A stretch of DNA of 64,000 nucleotides from Squalus acanthias (lineage: Eukaryota): assembly GCA_030390025.1 (NCBI GenBank), contig JASTWF010000070.1, forward strand, positions 1,116,001 through 1,180,000, read 5' to 3'. The notes under the pieces were generated by a model. The model had not been told where the DNA came from and made no database searches. It saw only the letters and a list, made by a program, of their open reading frames with translations. Each line of letters opens with the position of its first letter. Position 1 is the stretch's first letter. The translations under genes were made by a program, and so were the position numbers. Positions 24,768 to 37,155 of this stretch are shown one piece after another.

Positions 24768-26269
24768 CTGTGTGTGAGGGGAGAGAAAATTCATTCGTTT
24801 ATGGAATCCGTCAGCAGTGGGACGCTCTGATCTGAAATCAAAGACGCCAAAGAACCCCAAACAACATTCACTTTAAAAAATTTTACTGATTAATACAGGA
24901 GTTCCAATGAATTGTTCAATCTCTAATTCCTCTGCTCCTCTGCCAATTCTTTTCCCTACATTACAACAGTGACTTGGTTCAAAAGTATTTATTTGGCTGT
25001 AAAACGCTTTGGGACGTCCTGAGGTCGTGAGCGGCGCNNNNNNNNNNNNNNNNNNNNNNNNNNNNNNNNNNNNNNNNNNNNNNNNNNNNNNNNNNNNNNN
25101 NNNNNNNNNNNNNNNNNNNNNNNNNNNNNNNNNNNNNNNNNNNNNNNNNNNNNNNNNNNNNNNNNNNNNTCTTTCTTGTAAAATAACAAAAGAAAATGCT
25201 GGAAATACAGACCGGGTCAGTCAGCATGTGAGAGGCGGAAAGATCAGTAACTGACCAGTTCAGGTGCAGGTCCCACCCTCGGAACCGCACTAACCTGTCT
25301 GTTCCCGTTACAGACAATGACCGACCGGCCGTGCATTCCCAGCATTTTCTGTTTTTAATTAATTTCCAATAATGGCAGTTTTTTTCCGTTTTACTTGAAT
25401 ATAATAAAGCGTTTGATTGTCTTAAAATACGGTCAGTGTTAACTTTAAAAGGTGAAAACGGAGCATAACCCGCTTTTCACCGAGAGTCCACATATGTTCT
25501 GATATCTCAAACTGATGCAGCCCTTTCAAAGAGCCGCCACAGGCACAATGGGCCGAATGGCCTCCTTCTGTGCTGCACCATTCTATAAGATTCCGGAAGT
25601 ATTTTTTACGATTCATATTTTTTTAGAATTGCGTGTTAGAAACTGATCGGCTTTAAATGTTGCGGCGATGATAATTAAGCCGGGCTCTGTGACCGGGTAT
25701 TGAAGAGCTCACTGAATAAAGAGAAGACATTGTACACAGGCTGGGAATTAATGTAGTGACTCTGCCTAACAATATTGTAAACGCTTTACAGAAAATTACA
25801 CAGAATATACAGCACACAAACAGGCCATTCGGACCAACCAGTCCATGACGGCGTTTATGTTCCACTCGAGCCTCCTCCCTTTCTTCCACATCTAACTCTA
25901 TCAGCAAAACCCTCTATTCCCTTCTCCCTCATGTGCTTATCTAGCCTCCACTTAAGAGCATCTATGCGATTCGCCTCAACCACTCCCTGTGGTAGCGAAT
26001 TCCACATTCACCCCACTCACTGGGTAAAGAAGTTTCTCCTGAATTCCCGAATGGATTTCTTGGTGACTATCTTATATTGATGGCCTCTAGTTTTGCTCTT
26101 CCCCACAAGTGGAAACATTCTCTCTGTGTCTACTCTATCAAAAGATTTCATCATTTTAAAGACCTCTATTCGGCCACCCCTCAGCCTTCTCTTTTCCCCG
26201 GTTTGATGAAGGGTTTTCACTGTTTGATATTTCTAGTGAAAGGGGGAACAAGGATTGTAAAAGATTCTC

Positions 26270-26980
26270 GCTACAGAGACAAGTAAGGATTCCTCCCCGC
26301 GCGGGTGAACTGATTTCTCTCTCGGGATCAGCTCAGTCTCGTTGGTCCCGGAGCGATCCGTTCAACACTGGGCGGTAGCGGGACCCGACAGATCAACCCA
26401 GGAGAATCGGCGCTATCCCCGGGGGGACACTGGACAGGGAGAGTCAGTAGACACAACCTGGGGGAGGGAGAGGGTCATCAGCGAGAGAATGACATGGAGA
26501 GAAATTTCCCTTCAACAAGCATAACCCAGTCTCACTCACACACACGGGGCTGGTCAGTAATTGTCACTGCGCCGCTCCATGGTAAAGAGCCGGTTCTGCT
26601 CTATAAACAGTGCGGAGATTGCGAATAATGAGCTCAGACAGATTAAATATGGCAGCACGAAATTCAGAATAAAACCAGTCCCGGCAAACGAATACAATCC
26701 CGAGAAGTCCCGGTGTTGCTGGCGACAGGGAGTCGATCCAACCGGTTGTGTGCTGGGACAGCGGGTCTCGGGAGGGTCCTCTCTCTCTCCCAGCCCAGAG
26801 CCGAACACCCGACGGCTGCGGTCAAGGGGACAATACGCCACAGGAATAAAACCAGCAGCAACATTGAAAGTTACAAATGACCGTAAATTGTTTGGGATTC
26901 CCCCGGTGGCTCTCACGCCGGCTCCGAGCAATCTTTTTTTTAAATCGGGCGGTGCCGACTCTGGACAGCAGGAATAATTC
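26270..26980. promoter_or_regulatory. GC-rich J-C intron block, candidate enhancer (copies ~41250-41960, 55110-55810)
   Basis: No recognisable repeat; kB-consensus site at 26894-26903, 41881-41890 and 55732-55741; deleted in cluster 1. Confidence 0.4.
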
Positions 26981-28424
26981 TACATACACTAAGAGCAGAA
27001 GTAAGGCATAGCAGAGAATCATACAAACAGAATGATGTCATTCAGCCCATTCAGCTCCAGTGCCGGCTCTTTGAAAGAGCTCTCCAATCAGTCCCACTCC
27101 CCTGCTCTTTCCCCACAGCCCTGCAATTTTCTCCTGTTCAAGTCTCAGTGTAACAGAATGACATATTCAGTGTACACTGTCAGAACTTCACAGTGTAGCT
27201 CACAACTTTCCGCTCTTTCTCTCTGTCTCTCTGTCTCTTGCCGCACCCGAATGATACCGGCGGTTAGTGGGTTAAATTACGAGGACGGGTTGCATAGCTT
27301 GGTTTGTATTCCCTTGAGTTTCGAAGATTCAGGGGTGATCTGATCGAGGTGTTTAAAATGTGAAAATGGATTCGATCGGGTAAACACAGAGAAACGATTT
27401 CCTCCGGTCGGGGAATCAAGAACCAGGGGACATCAACTGAAAATTAGAGCCCGGCCATTTAAGAGGGAGGCACTTTTTCACACAGGCTCGAGTGGCTGAA
27501 TGGCCTCCTCCTGTTCCTATGTCACTATTTTATCAATCAGTGCTCCTCTGAGGGCATTCAGCCCATCATGCTTGTGCCGGCTCTTTGAATAGAGCTCTCC
27601 AATTATTCCCACTCCCCTGCTCTTTCCACAAAGCCCTGCATTTATCCTTTTCAAGTATTTCTCCAATTCCCTTTTGAAAGTCACTATTGAATCTGCTTCC
27701 ACCGCCCTTCCAGGCAGCGCATTCCAGATCAAAGCAACTCGCTGCGTAAAAAAAATCACCTCACGTAAACTCTGGTTCTTTGCCAAATATCTTAAATCGT
27801 GTTCTCTGGTTAACGACACTCCTGCCAGTGGAATCAGTTTCTCCTTATTTACTCTATCAAACCATTCATGATTTTGAACAGCCAGAGCAAATCTCCCCTT
27901 AACCTTCTCTACTCTAAGGAGAACAATCCCAGCTTTTCCAGTCTCTCCACATAACTGAAGTCCCTCATCCCTGGAACCATTGTGGTAAATCTCCGCTGCA
28001 CCGTCTCCAAGGACTTGACATCCTTCCTAAAGTGCTTTATCAAAACCAATTTACTGTTTACATTAACTTATAAGTTCAAAGTATTTCTCCAATTCCCTTT
28101 TGATAGTTACTATTGAATCTGCTCCCACCGCTCTTTCAGCAGCGCATTCCAGATCACAACAACTCGCTACGGAAAAAGAACACTTCTCCACACCTCCCCT
28201 ATTGAATGGGAGCAGGAAATGGTGTCAAATTAATTTCAGCGCAGTATTATTCCCCGAGGCGCTTCAACAATTCCAATTCTGACCACTTTAACATTGTTTG
28301 GGTATAAATAGATTCAACATCAAAATTCACTGAATGGAGATTTCTCTGGCGCCCGGGAATGAAAGCGACTGTAAATTCATAATAATTGAAACAATGTGAA
28401 AAATAGAATGAGAGAGTCACTTAC

Positions 28425-28778
28425 TCTTTATACTCAGGACGGTCCCCGGTCCGAAGATGATTCCTGAGTCCCACACAGTACAGTAATAGACGGCGGAGTC
28501 ACCGGGCACCAGGGTTCCGATTATCAGAATGTAACTGTTACCGGAGGCGTCTCTGGAAGGTTGAAAACGGTTTGTGAAGCCGGTTCCTCGGAATATATCA
28601 CCATCTGTATCATGTCTTATCACCCACACCGGAGCTTCCTCGGGTCGCTGTCGGTACCAGAACACATCCTTACTGCCCACAGCCCCGTTCTCCATCGCAC
28701 ACTGTAACCGGGCGATCTGACCCGCGGAGACAGGATCGGATATTGGGGACTGATTGAGGACGGGAGCCGCCAGGACAC
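28425..28778 (-). CDS. IgL: Germline-joined VJ exon, cluster 2, intact
   Basis: GVLAAPVLNQSPISDPVSAGQIARLQCAMENGAVGSKDVFWYRQRP..YYCTVWDSGIIFGPGTVLSIK S|gtaag; V and FGxG J contiguous, no RSS. Confidence 0.95.
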
Positions 28779-28930
28779 CTTCAATAAAAGAAAAAAATCA
28801 AACCATTCAGAGACTTGGAGCAAATAGGATGTTAATGCGTCAATAAACACGGAGAGAAAACCGCCCGATTCTTGGTATTTAAACGACTTTGTTGCGGGTA
28901 AACCCGTGACTAAAACCATCCGTCTCTCAC

Positions 28931-28979
28931 CAGTTAAATGGATCAGCAGAGTCCACAGGAGATGCATCGCTGGAGCCAT
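28931..28979 (-). CDS. IgL: IgL leader exon, cluster 2
   Basis: MAPAMHLLWTLLIHLT G|gtgag; 152-nt intron to V. Confidence 0.9.
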
Positions 28980-29096
28980 TTCGTCCGGAGAAGCGCCAAC
29001 AGCCACCGCTCAAATTTCCGCCTGAACCGTGCGCTGTTCCTGTAAACTCCGGGACCCGGTCTGGTTACAGTGTCTGCAAACCCGAGACTCCGGGTC

Positions 29097-29119
29097 TATT
29101 TATTACCCGGTATGCAAAT
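29097..29119 (-). promoter_or_regulatory. Octamer plus TATA-like box, cluster 2
   Basis: ATTTGCAT 29112-29119 then TAATAAATA, ~133 nt upstream of ATG. Confidence 0.85.
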
Positions 29120-29907
29120 GTTTGGGAGGGGCCAGGAAAAGGAAGGAGGCAGATTTTCAATTCGGGTATTTTTTAAATCTATTTGTGCCTGACTAAATTA
29201 TTAAAATCTTAAACCTTTAATTTATAAAAATGTTTAAACTCCAATTGGAGTCTCTGTTAAGAGAAGGTTCCAAGATTCCGAAGATTTTTGCGTTTAATGA
29301 ATATTTCGTCTGTGTTCTACCCCAGAAAAATGAGGGGCGGATTGCAGAGATAAGAATCAGCTGATGCACTTCGGCCGGAATCGTTCTGATAACGCGCTGT
29401 TACTCTCCGATATACTGCATCAGATTTTAAAGTAATCTTTTCCCCATAAAATACATATTTCATAATAGACTGACGTCCCTTTCTCTAAATCAGCAGCAAG
29501 GCAACCCTTGATTTGTCAATCCCTTTAAAATTGGGGTTTCAATTGACAAATATGGTTTGTTATTCAGTCTGTAAATACAATTCTGATGAGAATATTCATG
29601 AGGCACAATATTAAGAAAATAACACCTTGCCTTTAATTTCCTGCGGGTCCGATTAACGCGCGCAGTTCCCGTTTTAAACCCTGTTCCAGTTGAATTATTA
29701 AGCGGCGGGGTCAGTTGTTTCTGGGGCTCTGTGATGTTGAACATTTCCCCTGTTTGGAGTCAATCCCTAACTCCCCACAATGAGTCTTGGTTCATGTTTT
29801 TAAAAGTCAGATTGAAACTGGTTAGTGTCAGTTACTTGAGGGCGAAAGAAACATGCATCAAATTGTTAATAATTGGGTTGTCTCGAGATATTAGCGTCAA
29901 AGGAATG

Positions 29908-30655
29908 TTGGCCCAAAAATTAGTCCCGCGACGCGAGAGTACGCACTGTGTACTCTCGCGTATTCTGTCACCAATTGCCGGTTTTCTGCATGCACTGTGT
30001 GTGCGCTGAAAACCGGCACTTGGTTTTTGGAAAAGGGGGCGGTTCCTCGGTGCACCGCGTGCGCGCTACAGGCTGCGCGCACGCTGTGCACTTAGTGCTT
30101 TGGACGCGCAGGTAAGGACGGAAGATTTTAGAAATGAAAAAAGGAGGAGTAAGACCCACTTTTAACAAGGTAAGTAGTGAATTACGTATTATTTTGAATT
30201 TTTTTTAACAGGTATATCTTTTTTAGAGACTTTAAAGACAGGTAAGTTTATTTTTATAACTTTTTAAAAGATTTTAAATTTTTTCAAAGATTTTATTTTT
30301 TATTTAAAATGGTTAATTTATTTAACTATACTTATTTTATTAATGTGATGGTTTTTTAAAAAAATTTAATTGAGGTTTAGCTGTTATTTTGGGGGGGTGT
30401 AAGATTCATAGCTTTCACAGCACTTTTGTGAAACTTATGAATGGAAGATGGTTTGCTGCCATTGGCTCTAACTGAATCACGTGATCCCACAGCTCGCACG
30501 AATTCCCTACGCCGGTGGGATGCGCAAGCACTGCCCAGCTGATGTCCATAACATCAAGTTCGTGCGAGCTGGATCTGAAAAAGCCAACGCGGAGTGAGAG
30601 ATCGCGGGGAAGCCTTACCCCCGCGTCAACACTCAGTCTTTAATTTCTGGGCCAA
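29908..30655. mobile_element. Non-autonomous DNA transposon (MITE), copy-specific
   Basis: TIRs TTGGCCCAAAAATTA / TAATTTCTGGGCCAA (14/15); absent at the homologous site in other units. Confidence 0.85.
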
Positions 30656-30794
30656 TATTTTTTGTTCATTAAATATCTGAAATGTGTAACTGTGAAGTTA
30701 GGTATTCCCCTGTTCCTTAGTAAAACAGACAGAGCGGCCGGAGGGATTCTCTTCCTCTGGAGTAGCCGGCACTGAATTCGGGCAGGGATTGGTT

Positions 30795-31043
30795 CTCACC
30801 TGGACAAGGGGTTTTTCGGTTTTGCCCAGGTGCTTGGTTCTGTATCTGCGCTTGAACTGATCACTGATTTCTCTAGTCTGTTAGAATTATTAAAGGGGCT
30901 TTGGTGCTGTGACTGGAGCTGCTCGCTAAACATTGCATTGGTCCACCAAAGCTTTGTCACTGCTCACACCGACACCGGCGACTGGTGAACCAATCATTGC
31001 AGAGCACTGGCCACACCACGCACTGCATCTTGGGAACTGTAGT
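30795..31043 (-). promoter_or_regulatory. Candidate second promoter/first exon (ZNF143-type motif, CCAAT, 5' splice donor); copies ~16849-17089, 44690-44914, 58527-58774
   Basis: ACTACAGTTCCCA at 31031-31043 (minus), CCAAT at 30990, CAG|GTGAGA donor at 30800. Confidence 0.45.
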
Positions 31044-31049
31044 TCCATA

Positions 31050-31965
31050 TTGGGCAATGCATAAGATCAGCGTGTCTATTGACGCCACTGTGTCAGCTCT
31101 ACCTCACCACGGCCTCTCTAGACTCCATCACTCACTCTAAATTTTCACACTGCTTGTCCGACATCCAGCACTGGATGAGCAGAAATATCCTCCAACGAAA
31201 TTTTGGGAAGAGCGAAGCCATTCTCTTCAGTCTCCGCCACAAGATCCATTCCCTCACCACCGACTAAATCCCTCTCCCTGGGAAATGTCTGCGTCTGATA
31301 CAGACTGTTGGCTACCATGATGTCATATCTGCCAGAACTAAGACAGCCTATTTCCACCTCAATAACATCGCCCGACTCTACCGTGCCTCAGCTCATCTTC
31401 TGCTGAAACCATCATGTGCAACTTTTTTACCTCTAGTCTTTACTATACCAACACACACCTGGCCGGCCTCCCACTTTCTACCCTCCGTAAACTTGAGACT
31501 ATCCAAAACATGCACCAAGTCCCTTCACCCCTGTGCTCGCTGACCTGCATTGGCTCCCGGTTACATAACACCTCAATTTTTATATGATCATTATTGTCTT
31601 CAAATCCGTCCATGGCCTCACGCATCCCTGTCTCTGTCATCTCCTCCAGCCCTGCAACATTCCGAGATATCTGCGTTCCTCCAATTCTGGCCTCTTGTGC
31701 ATCACTCCACCATTGGTGGCAGTGCTTTCAGCTGGCTAGGCCCTAAGCTCTGGACTTCCCTCACTGCACCTCTCTGCTTCTCTACCTCTCTTTCCGCCTT
31801 TAAGACACTCCTTAAAACCTGCATTTTTGATCAAGCTTTTGGTCTTCGGCCCTAATATCTCCTTATGTGGCTCGGTGTCAAAGTTTTTCATAACACTCCT
31901 GTGAAGTAACTTTGGACGTTTTACTACATTAAAGGTGCTGTATGAATACAAGTTGTTGTTGTTGT
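31050..31965 (+). mobile_element. L2-type LINE 3' fragment (copies ~44925-45838, 58785-59678, partial 17100-17536)
   Basis: QLYLTT..CLSDIQHWMSRN..GKSEAILF and (ttg)n tail. Confidence 0.8.
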
Positions 31966-32344
31966 TCTTGGAGGTGGGGCGGGACTTTAGTCAGGATTCA
32001 CATAGAGCAGTTTACCTTACAGCAAACAAACTCTATTTATTCAGCAAACCAAGTCTATTTAAGCAGCGCATGACAGCAAACAGTCTACAGGGTCTATTTA
32101 AAAAGAGCATGTACAAACTACAGCAAACAGAACTCATGACCGGAACTAAACAACTTCGCCCGATAAAAGCTGGCTGATTTCTCCAGCATAATGTAGTGAG
32201 CCGAGGATACTTAGAGAATACAAATTATGTGCGTAAAATGTTACTGTTATATATTTAGGAGTCAGCCAGAGAGCTATTAGTTTTTTTTTACAGTATTTAT
32301 CATACTATCTAATGCCATAATTGAGCTGAATACATCGCATCTAC

Positions 32345-33845
32345 TTACATAGAATCATAGAATCATAGAAGATAGGAGCAGGATTAGGCCATTCGGCCCC
32401 TCTAGCAAGCTCCGCCATTCAATGTGATCATGGCTGATCATCCAAATTCAGTACCCTGTCCCTGCTTTCTCCACATATGCCTTGATCCCTTTAGCCTTAA
32501 GAAATATATCCAACTCCTTCTTGAATCTATTTAATGAAGTGGCCTCTACTGCCTTCTGTGGCAGAGAATTCCACTGGTTCACCACTCTCTGGGTGAAGAA
32601 ATTCCTCCTCATTTCTGTCCTAAATGGCTTACCCCTTATCCTTAGACTGTGAGCCCTGGTTCTGGACTCCCCGACCATCGGGAACATCCTTCCTGCATCT
32701 AGTTTGTCCTGTCCTGTCAGAATTTTATAAGTTTCAATGAGATCCCCTCTCATTCTTCTAAACTCCAGCGAGCATAAGTCAAATCGACCCAATCTCTCTT
32801 CATACGTCATTCCTGCCATCCCAGGTATCAGCCTTGTGAGTATTCGCTGAACTCCTTCCATGGCGAGAACATCCTTCCTCAGATAAGGCGACCTACAGTG
32901 CACACAGTACTCAAGGTGTGGTCTCACCAAGGCCCTGTACAACTGCAGCAAGACATCCTTGTTCCTGTACTCAAACCCTCTCGCTATGAAGGCCAACATA
33001 CCGTTTGCCTTCTTAACCACCTGCTGCACCTGCATGCTTACCTTCAGCGACTGGTGCACAAGGACACCCAGGTCTCGTTGCACTTCCCCTTCTCCCAATC
33101 TATTGCCATTCAGATAATCTGCCTTTTTGTTTTTGACAACAAAGTGGATAACCTCGCATTTATCCACGTTATATTGCATCTGCCACGTTTCTGCCCAATC
33201 ACCCAACCTGTCCAAAGCATCCTGGAGTTTCTCAGCATCCTCCTCGCAGCACCACGCTCACCCAGTTTTGTGTCGTCTGCAAACTTGGAGATATTACATC
33301 TAGTTCCCTTGACTAGATCATTAATATATATTGTGAATAGCTGGGGTCCAAGGACCGATCCCTGCGGTACCACACTAGTCACTGCCTGCCACTCGGAAAA
33401 AGTCCCGTTTATTCCAATTCTTTGCTTTCTGTCTGCCAACCAGTTCTCTATCCAAGTCAATACCTTGCCCCCAATGCCATGTGCCTTAACTTTACACGCT
33501 AATCTCTTATGCGGGACCTTATCAAAAGCCTTTTGGAAGGCCAAATACACCACATCCACTGGTTCTCCCTTATCTATTTTACCAGTTACATCCTCAAAAA
33601 ATTCCAGTAGATTAGTCAAGCATGATGTAGTTTTTGTAAATCCATGTTCATTTGTCCGATCCTGTCGCTGTTTTCTAAGTGCTGAGCTATTACATCTTTT
33701 ATAATGGACTCCATCATTATCCCCACTTCCGATGTCAGGCTTACCAGTCTGTAATTACCCGTTTTCTCTCTACCACCCTTTTTTGAATAGTGGGGAAACA
33801 TTAGCTACCCTCCAATCCATGGGTACTGTTCCAGATTCCATCATG
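32345..33845 (-). mobile_element. CR1 LINE RT fragment
   Basis: [30 protein letters not shown] motifs (ORFs 32448-33801). Confidence 0.9.
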
Positions 33846-35392
33846 TACTAAATCACCAACACTAGAGATTAATATGGAAAGAAGGAAACGTGAGGAATTA
33901 TTAATTATTGCTAGTAAAGTGTGCCTTTCTGGAAACATGTTGACAGGGTTTATAGCTCCATTTCAGTTAGTGAAGGGGATGCAGGAACAGAGAGACTTGG
34001 GGTTCAGGTACACCCATCTTTGAAGGTAGCAGGACAACTTGCGAAGGCTGCTGAAATAGAGGTATAGATGACAAAACAAGGGCGTTATGCTGAACATTAA
34101 TAAACACTGATTAGGCCTCAGCTGGAGTATTGTGTTCAATTCTGGGCACCACACTTTAAGAAAGATGTCAAGACCTTGTAGAGGAGATTTACGAGAATGG
34201 TACCAGGGATGAGGGACTTCACTTATGAGGAGAGACTGGAATAGTTCTCCTTAGAGAAGGGACTGTTAAGGGGTGATTTCGATGCTGGGTTTCCTGAGCA
34301 CCGGGAATCCCGGCTCGCAGCCGTTAAATTCAAGTCACGCTCCCAACTGCAGTGTGGGAGCCTGATTTAAATATTATAATGAGTTTTCCCGCCTGAGAGC
34401 TTAGATATGGCGGCAGGAGCTTATGCAGTTGGCTCAGGTGGGTTTAGCTCATTTTTATATGTAAACCCCACCCCCCACATTCTCCCGCCCATCTTATTCC
34501 CATCCATTCCCCCAATAGGGTTCCCAGATCCGATTGCGTTCAGGAATGAATTGCTGGGTAAATAAAATATTCTAAGAGCACTGTATGTAGGTTACAGAGC
34601 AGCAACAACAACATGTTTTTATACATCGCCTTTAACGTAGTAAAACGTCCCAAGGTGCTGCACAGGAGCGCTTAACAAACAGAATTTGTTACTGATCCAC
34701 ATAAGGAGATAGAGGGACAGGTGACGAAAAGCTTGCTCAGGGAGGTTGGTTATAAGGAGTGTCTTAAAGGTGAAGAGAGAGGCGGAGAGGTTTAGAGAAG
34801 GGACTCGGGCAGATTGGGAAATATCGAGTTTCGCTACCAACAGTTAAAATTTGAAAATCTTCAGAAATTTGCGGGGAATCGAACAGGTGGAGCACTTTAA
34901 GTGACAGGAGTGTCAATCCGCCGCATTCACAGCTCCAGGATTGTCCTTTCGCTTTGGAGTCAAGGCCAGAACTTTGCTTAGCTGGGCGGGTCCGGGGCGG
35001 ACGGTGGCCACGGCGGGTCGCGACCCCGCTGCTGGCTCCATGCCTCTGCTGCAAATTAACTCACCTTAATGGGGCCTATTAAGCCCGACCAGCGCCTTAC
35101 CCGGCCCAATGAGATGGAGCAAGTCTGGTGACGTCATTCATGACGCGTTATCAGCAGGGATCTTTCAAGGGACCATGGCCACATCACAGTTGAAGTTTAA
35201 TCTTACATCGTGCTGTCGTTGCACTAAGGGACATGGGGGAGAGATGACAGCGGGATCCTGACCCGCTGACAAAAAAATCAAAATTCCCTCTCGACCCCCC
35301 CACCGAGCTCGCCCGCTATCACACCGGAAAATACCAGCTGGGTCTGCACCGAGTTCTAAACGACTCCAACCTAAAGTCTAACTGTAATCTAA

Positions 35393-37155
35393 GGGGGGAA
35401 TTTTCCTGGGGTTCAGCGGCGGGATCGGTAGCGGATCAGGAGGGAAAATGTTCCTTTTACAGTGGTCGGGATCCCGCTGTCAACCCGACACCACGCGCCT
35501 TTACCAAATGTCGGGTATGTCAGCGCTAAACAGTCCCGACACGTGGCGGCGGGGGAGCCAATTCAGGTCATTATGACCTTGTAAACAGAGCAGTAACAAC
35601 AATTATTAGCTCACCTTTCGAACTTACCATCTCGCCAACGGGCTCCACGCTGCTGGGGCACCACGTCTGTTAAGCTGGGCGGGAGTTGAATCGCCATCTC
35701 ATTATTTGATATCTGGAAAAGTGCTAGAAAAGCTCCCATCTCACAGCTGTTCACTTTCCAAACTCAAAACCTGATGCTTACTGCATTTGGAAGAGAGATT
35801 GAACTTTAAGCAGATTTCAAGTGTTTGGAGCAAATTCGTTAATAGTACGTGTAATTATTACGTCACCTCATTGCAACAACCTCTTTCACCATTGACAGAT
35901 TCCTTCTCTCATCTCAAGTTCACCTGCCATCTATTCCATCAGCATGGGTACGGTTTATACTCTCCCACCTTAATCCTCATAATCTGAGCAAGATCAGCCG
36001 CAACATCAGCATCTCCAGGCACACCAGCAGCTCTAGCAACAACACCAACCTTCTCCGCAATCACCTGATGCTGCACAGGACAGAGGGAATCAGCACCCAA
36101 ACACATTGCTGTCCGGTGCTCCAGTGATGGCCTCACCATGGCCAGATTTACTTCACTTGACGCTCCACACTCATATGACTGCCACATGATGTGCCAGGTT
36201 GGCACCACCCCAAACCAACAACGTAAAGCATCCCTACAATGCCCAAGCCATTCCTTTTTCACTCATCAACATTGCGGGGGTGGGGGTACGATTATGTTTC
36301 AACATTCACTGCAACTCACTAAGGCACTTTCAAAGGTGCACACCAATCTGTCGAAGAATGGAAGAAGTGTAGAAAAAAAAGATTTCCATGTCTTCTAACA
36401 GAAATTTCAAATGATAATTGGCTAAAACACAAAAGTGCTTATCCTTGTGTGTTGTTAGTTGGTATGATTGGACCAGGATGATGGTGAGTGTGAGAGGGGG
36501 CTAGTGATATGTGCAAGTGAGAATGTAGATAGAGAGGGATGGGTAGAGGTGCAAGGTAAGTTGTTGTGAGGAAGGCTGTGCAGCAGTAGGACAGGGAAGA
36601 CAGAGTCATGGGGATGCGCTGAGTGGCACAGCAGGATGAGGTTGAGTGTGTCTTTGCATTAACGTTTCGTGTTCTACTGAGATCATTTAATGGTTTGTGC
36701 CACTGAAGTCTGGTCCTCTTGACGATATCCCTGCTTCTGTCCTCCTGTACAATGTGCAACCAGGCTGCGTTGATCTCCTGGTGAGGTCTCTTTGGAAGGG
36801 AAAAGAGCCTCCCTACGTGCTCTGAAGGGAGTCAGGGGAGAGCGTGGGTGCAGCTGTGCACCTCTGTGAAGTGCTTATCAATGTTTGCAGCACTTCAATG
36901 CTGCAGAACAGGAACAGCACGAATGACAAAGTAAATTTGTGTATGGTCCCTTTAAGTAAACCGGCTGATGACGCGGCATTAAATGACGTCATCAGACATG
37001 CTTCCTTCAATTGGCGGGGAAACTCGCAAAACGGGATTAACAAGCCGAATCAGGGGCAAGTCATGTCGGAGGCCGAGATTGAGCCAGCAGCCAGGCCGCG
37101 ACCCACCAACGACTTCGCCCGTCACGGAACCGCCCAGTTCGGGGAAATCGCGGCC
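35393..37155 (-). mobile_element. PIF/Harbinger-like element, internally deleted, Myb/SANT-like ORF remnant
   Basis: TAA|ggggggaattttcc ... ggaaatcgcggcc|TAG; degenerate AWLHI..RSRDIVKRT.LQW.KP.NDLSR on minus strand. Confidence 0.65.

Noticed and set aside
26554-26977. 125-138 aa ORFs on both strands in the GC-rich intron block
   Set aside because: Frames are broken differently in paralogous copies and no domain motif is recognisable.
32898-33704. Long plus-strand ORFs (268 aa; also 19065-19814, 60309-61004)
   Set aside because: Antisense shadows of CR1 ORF2.
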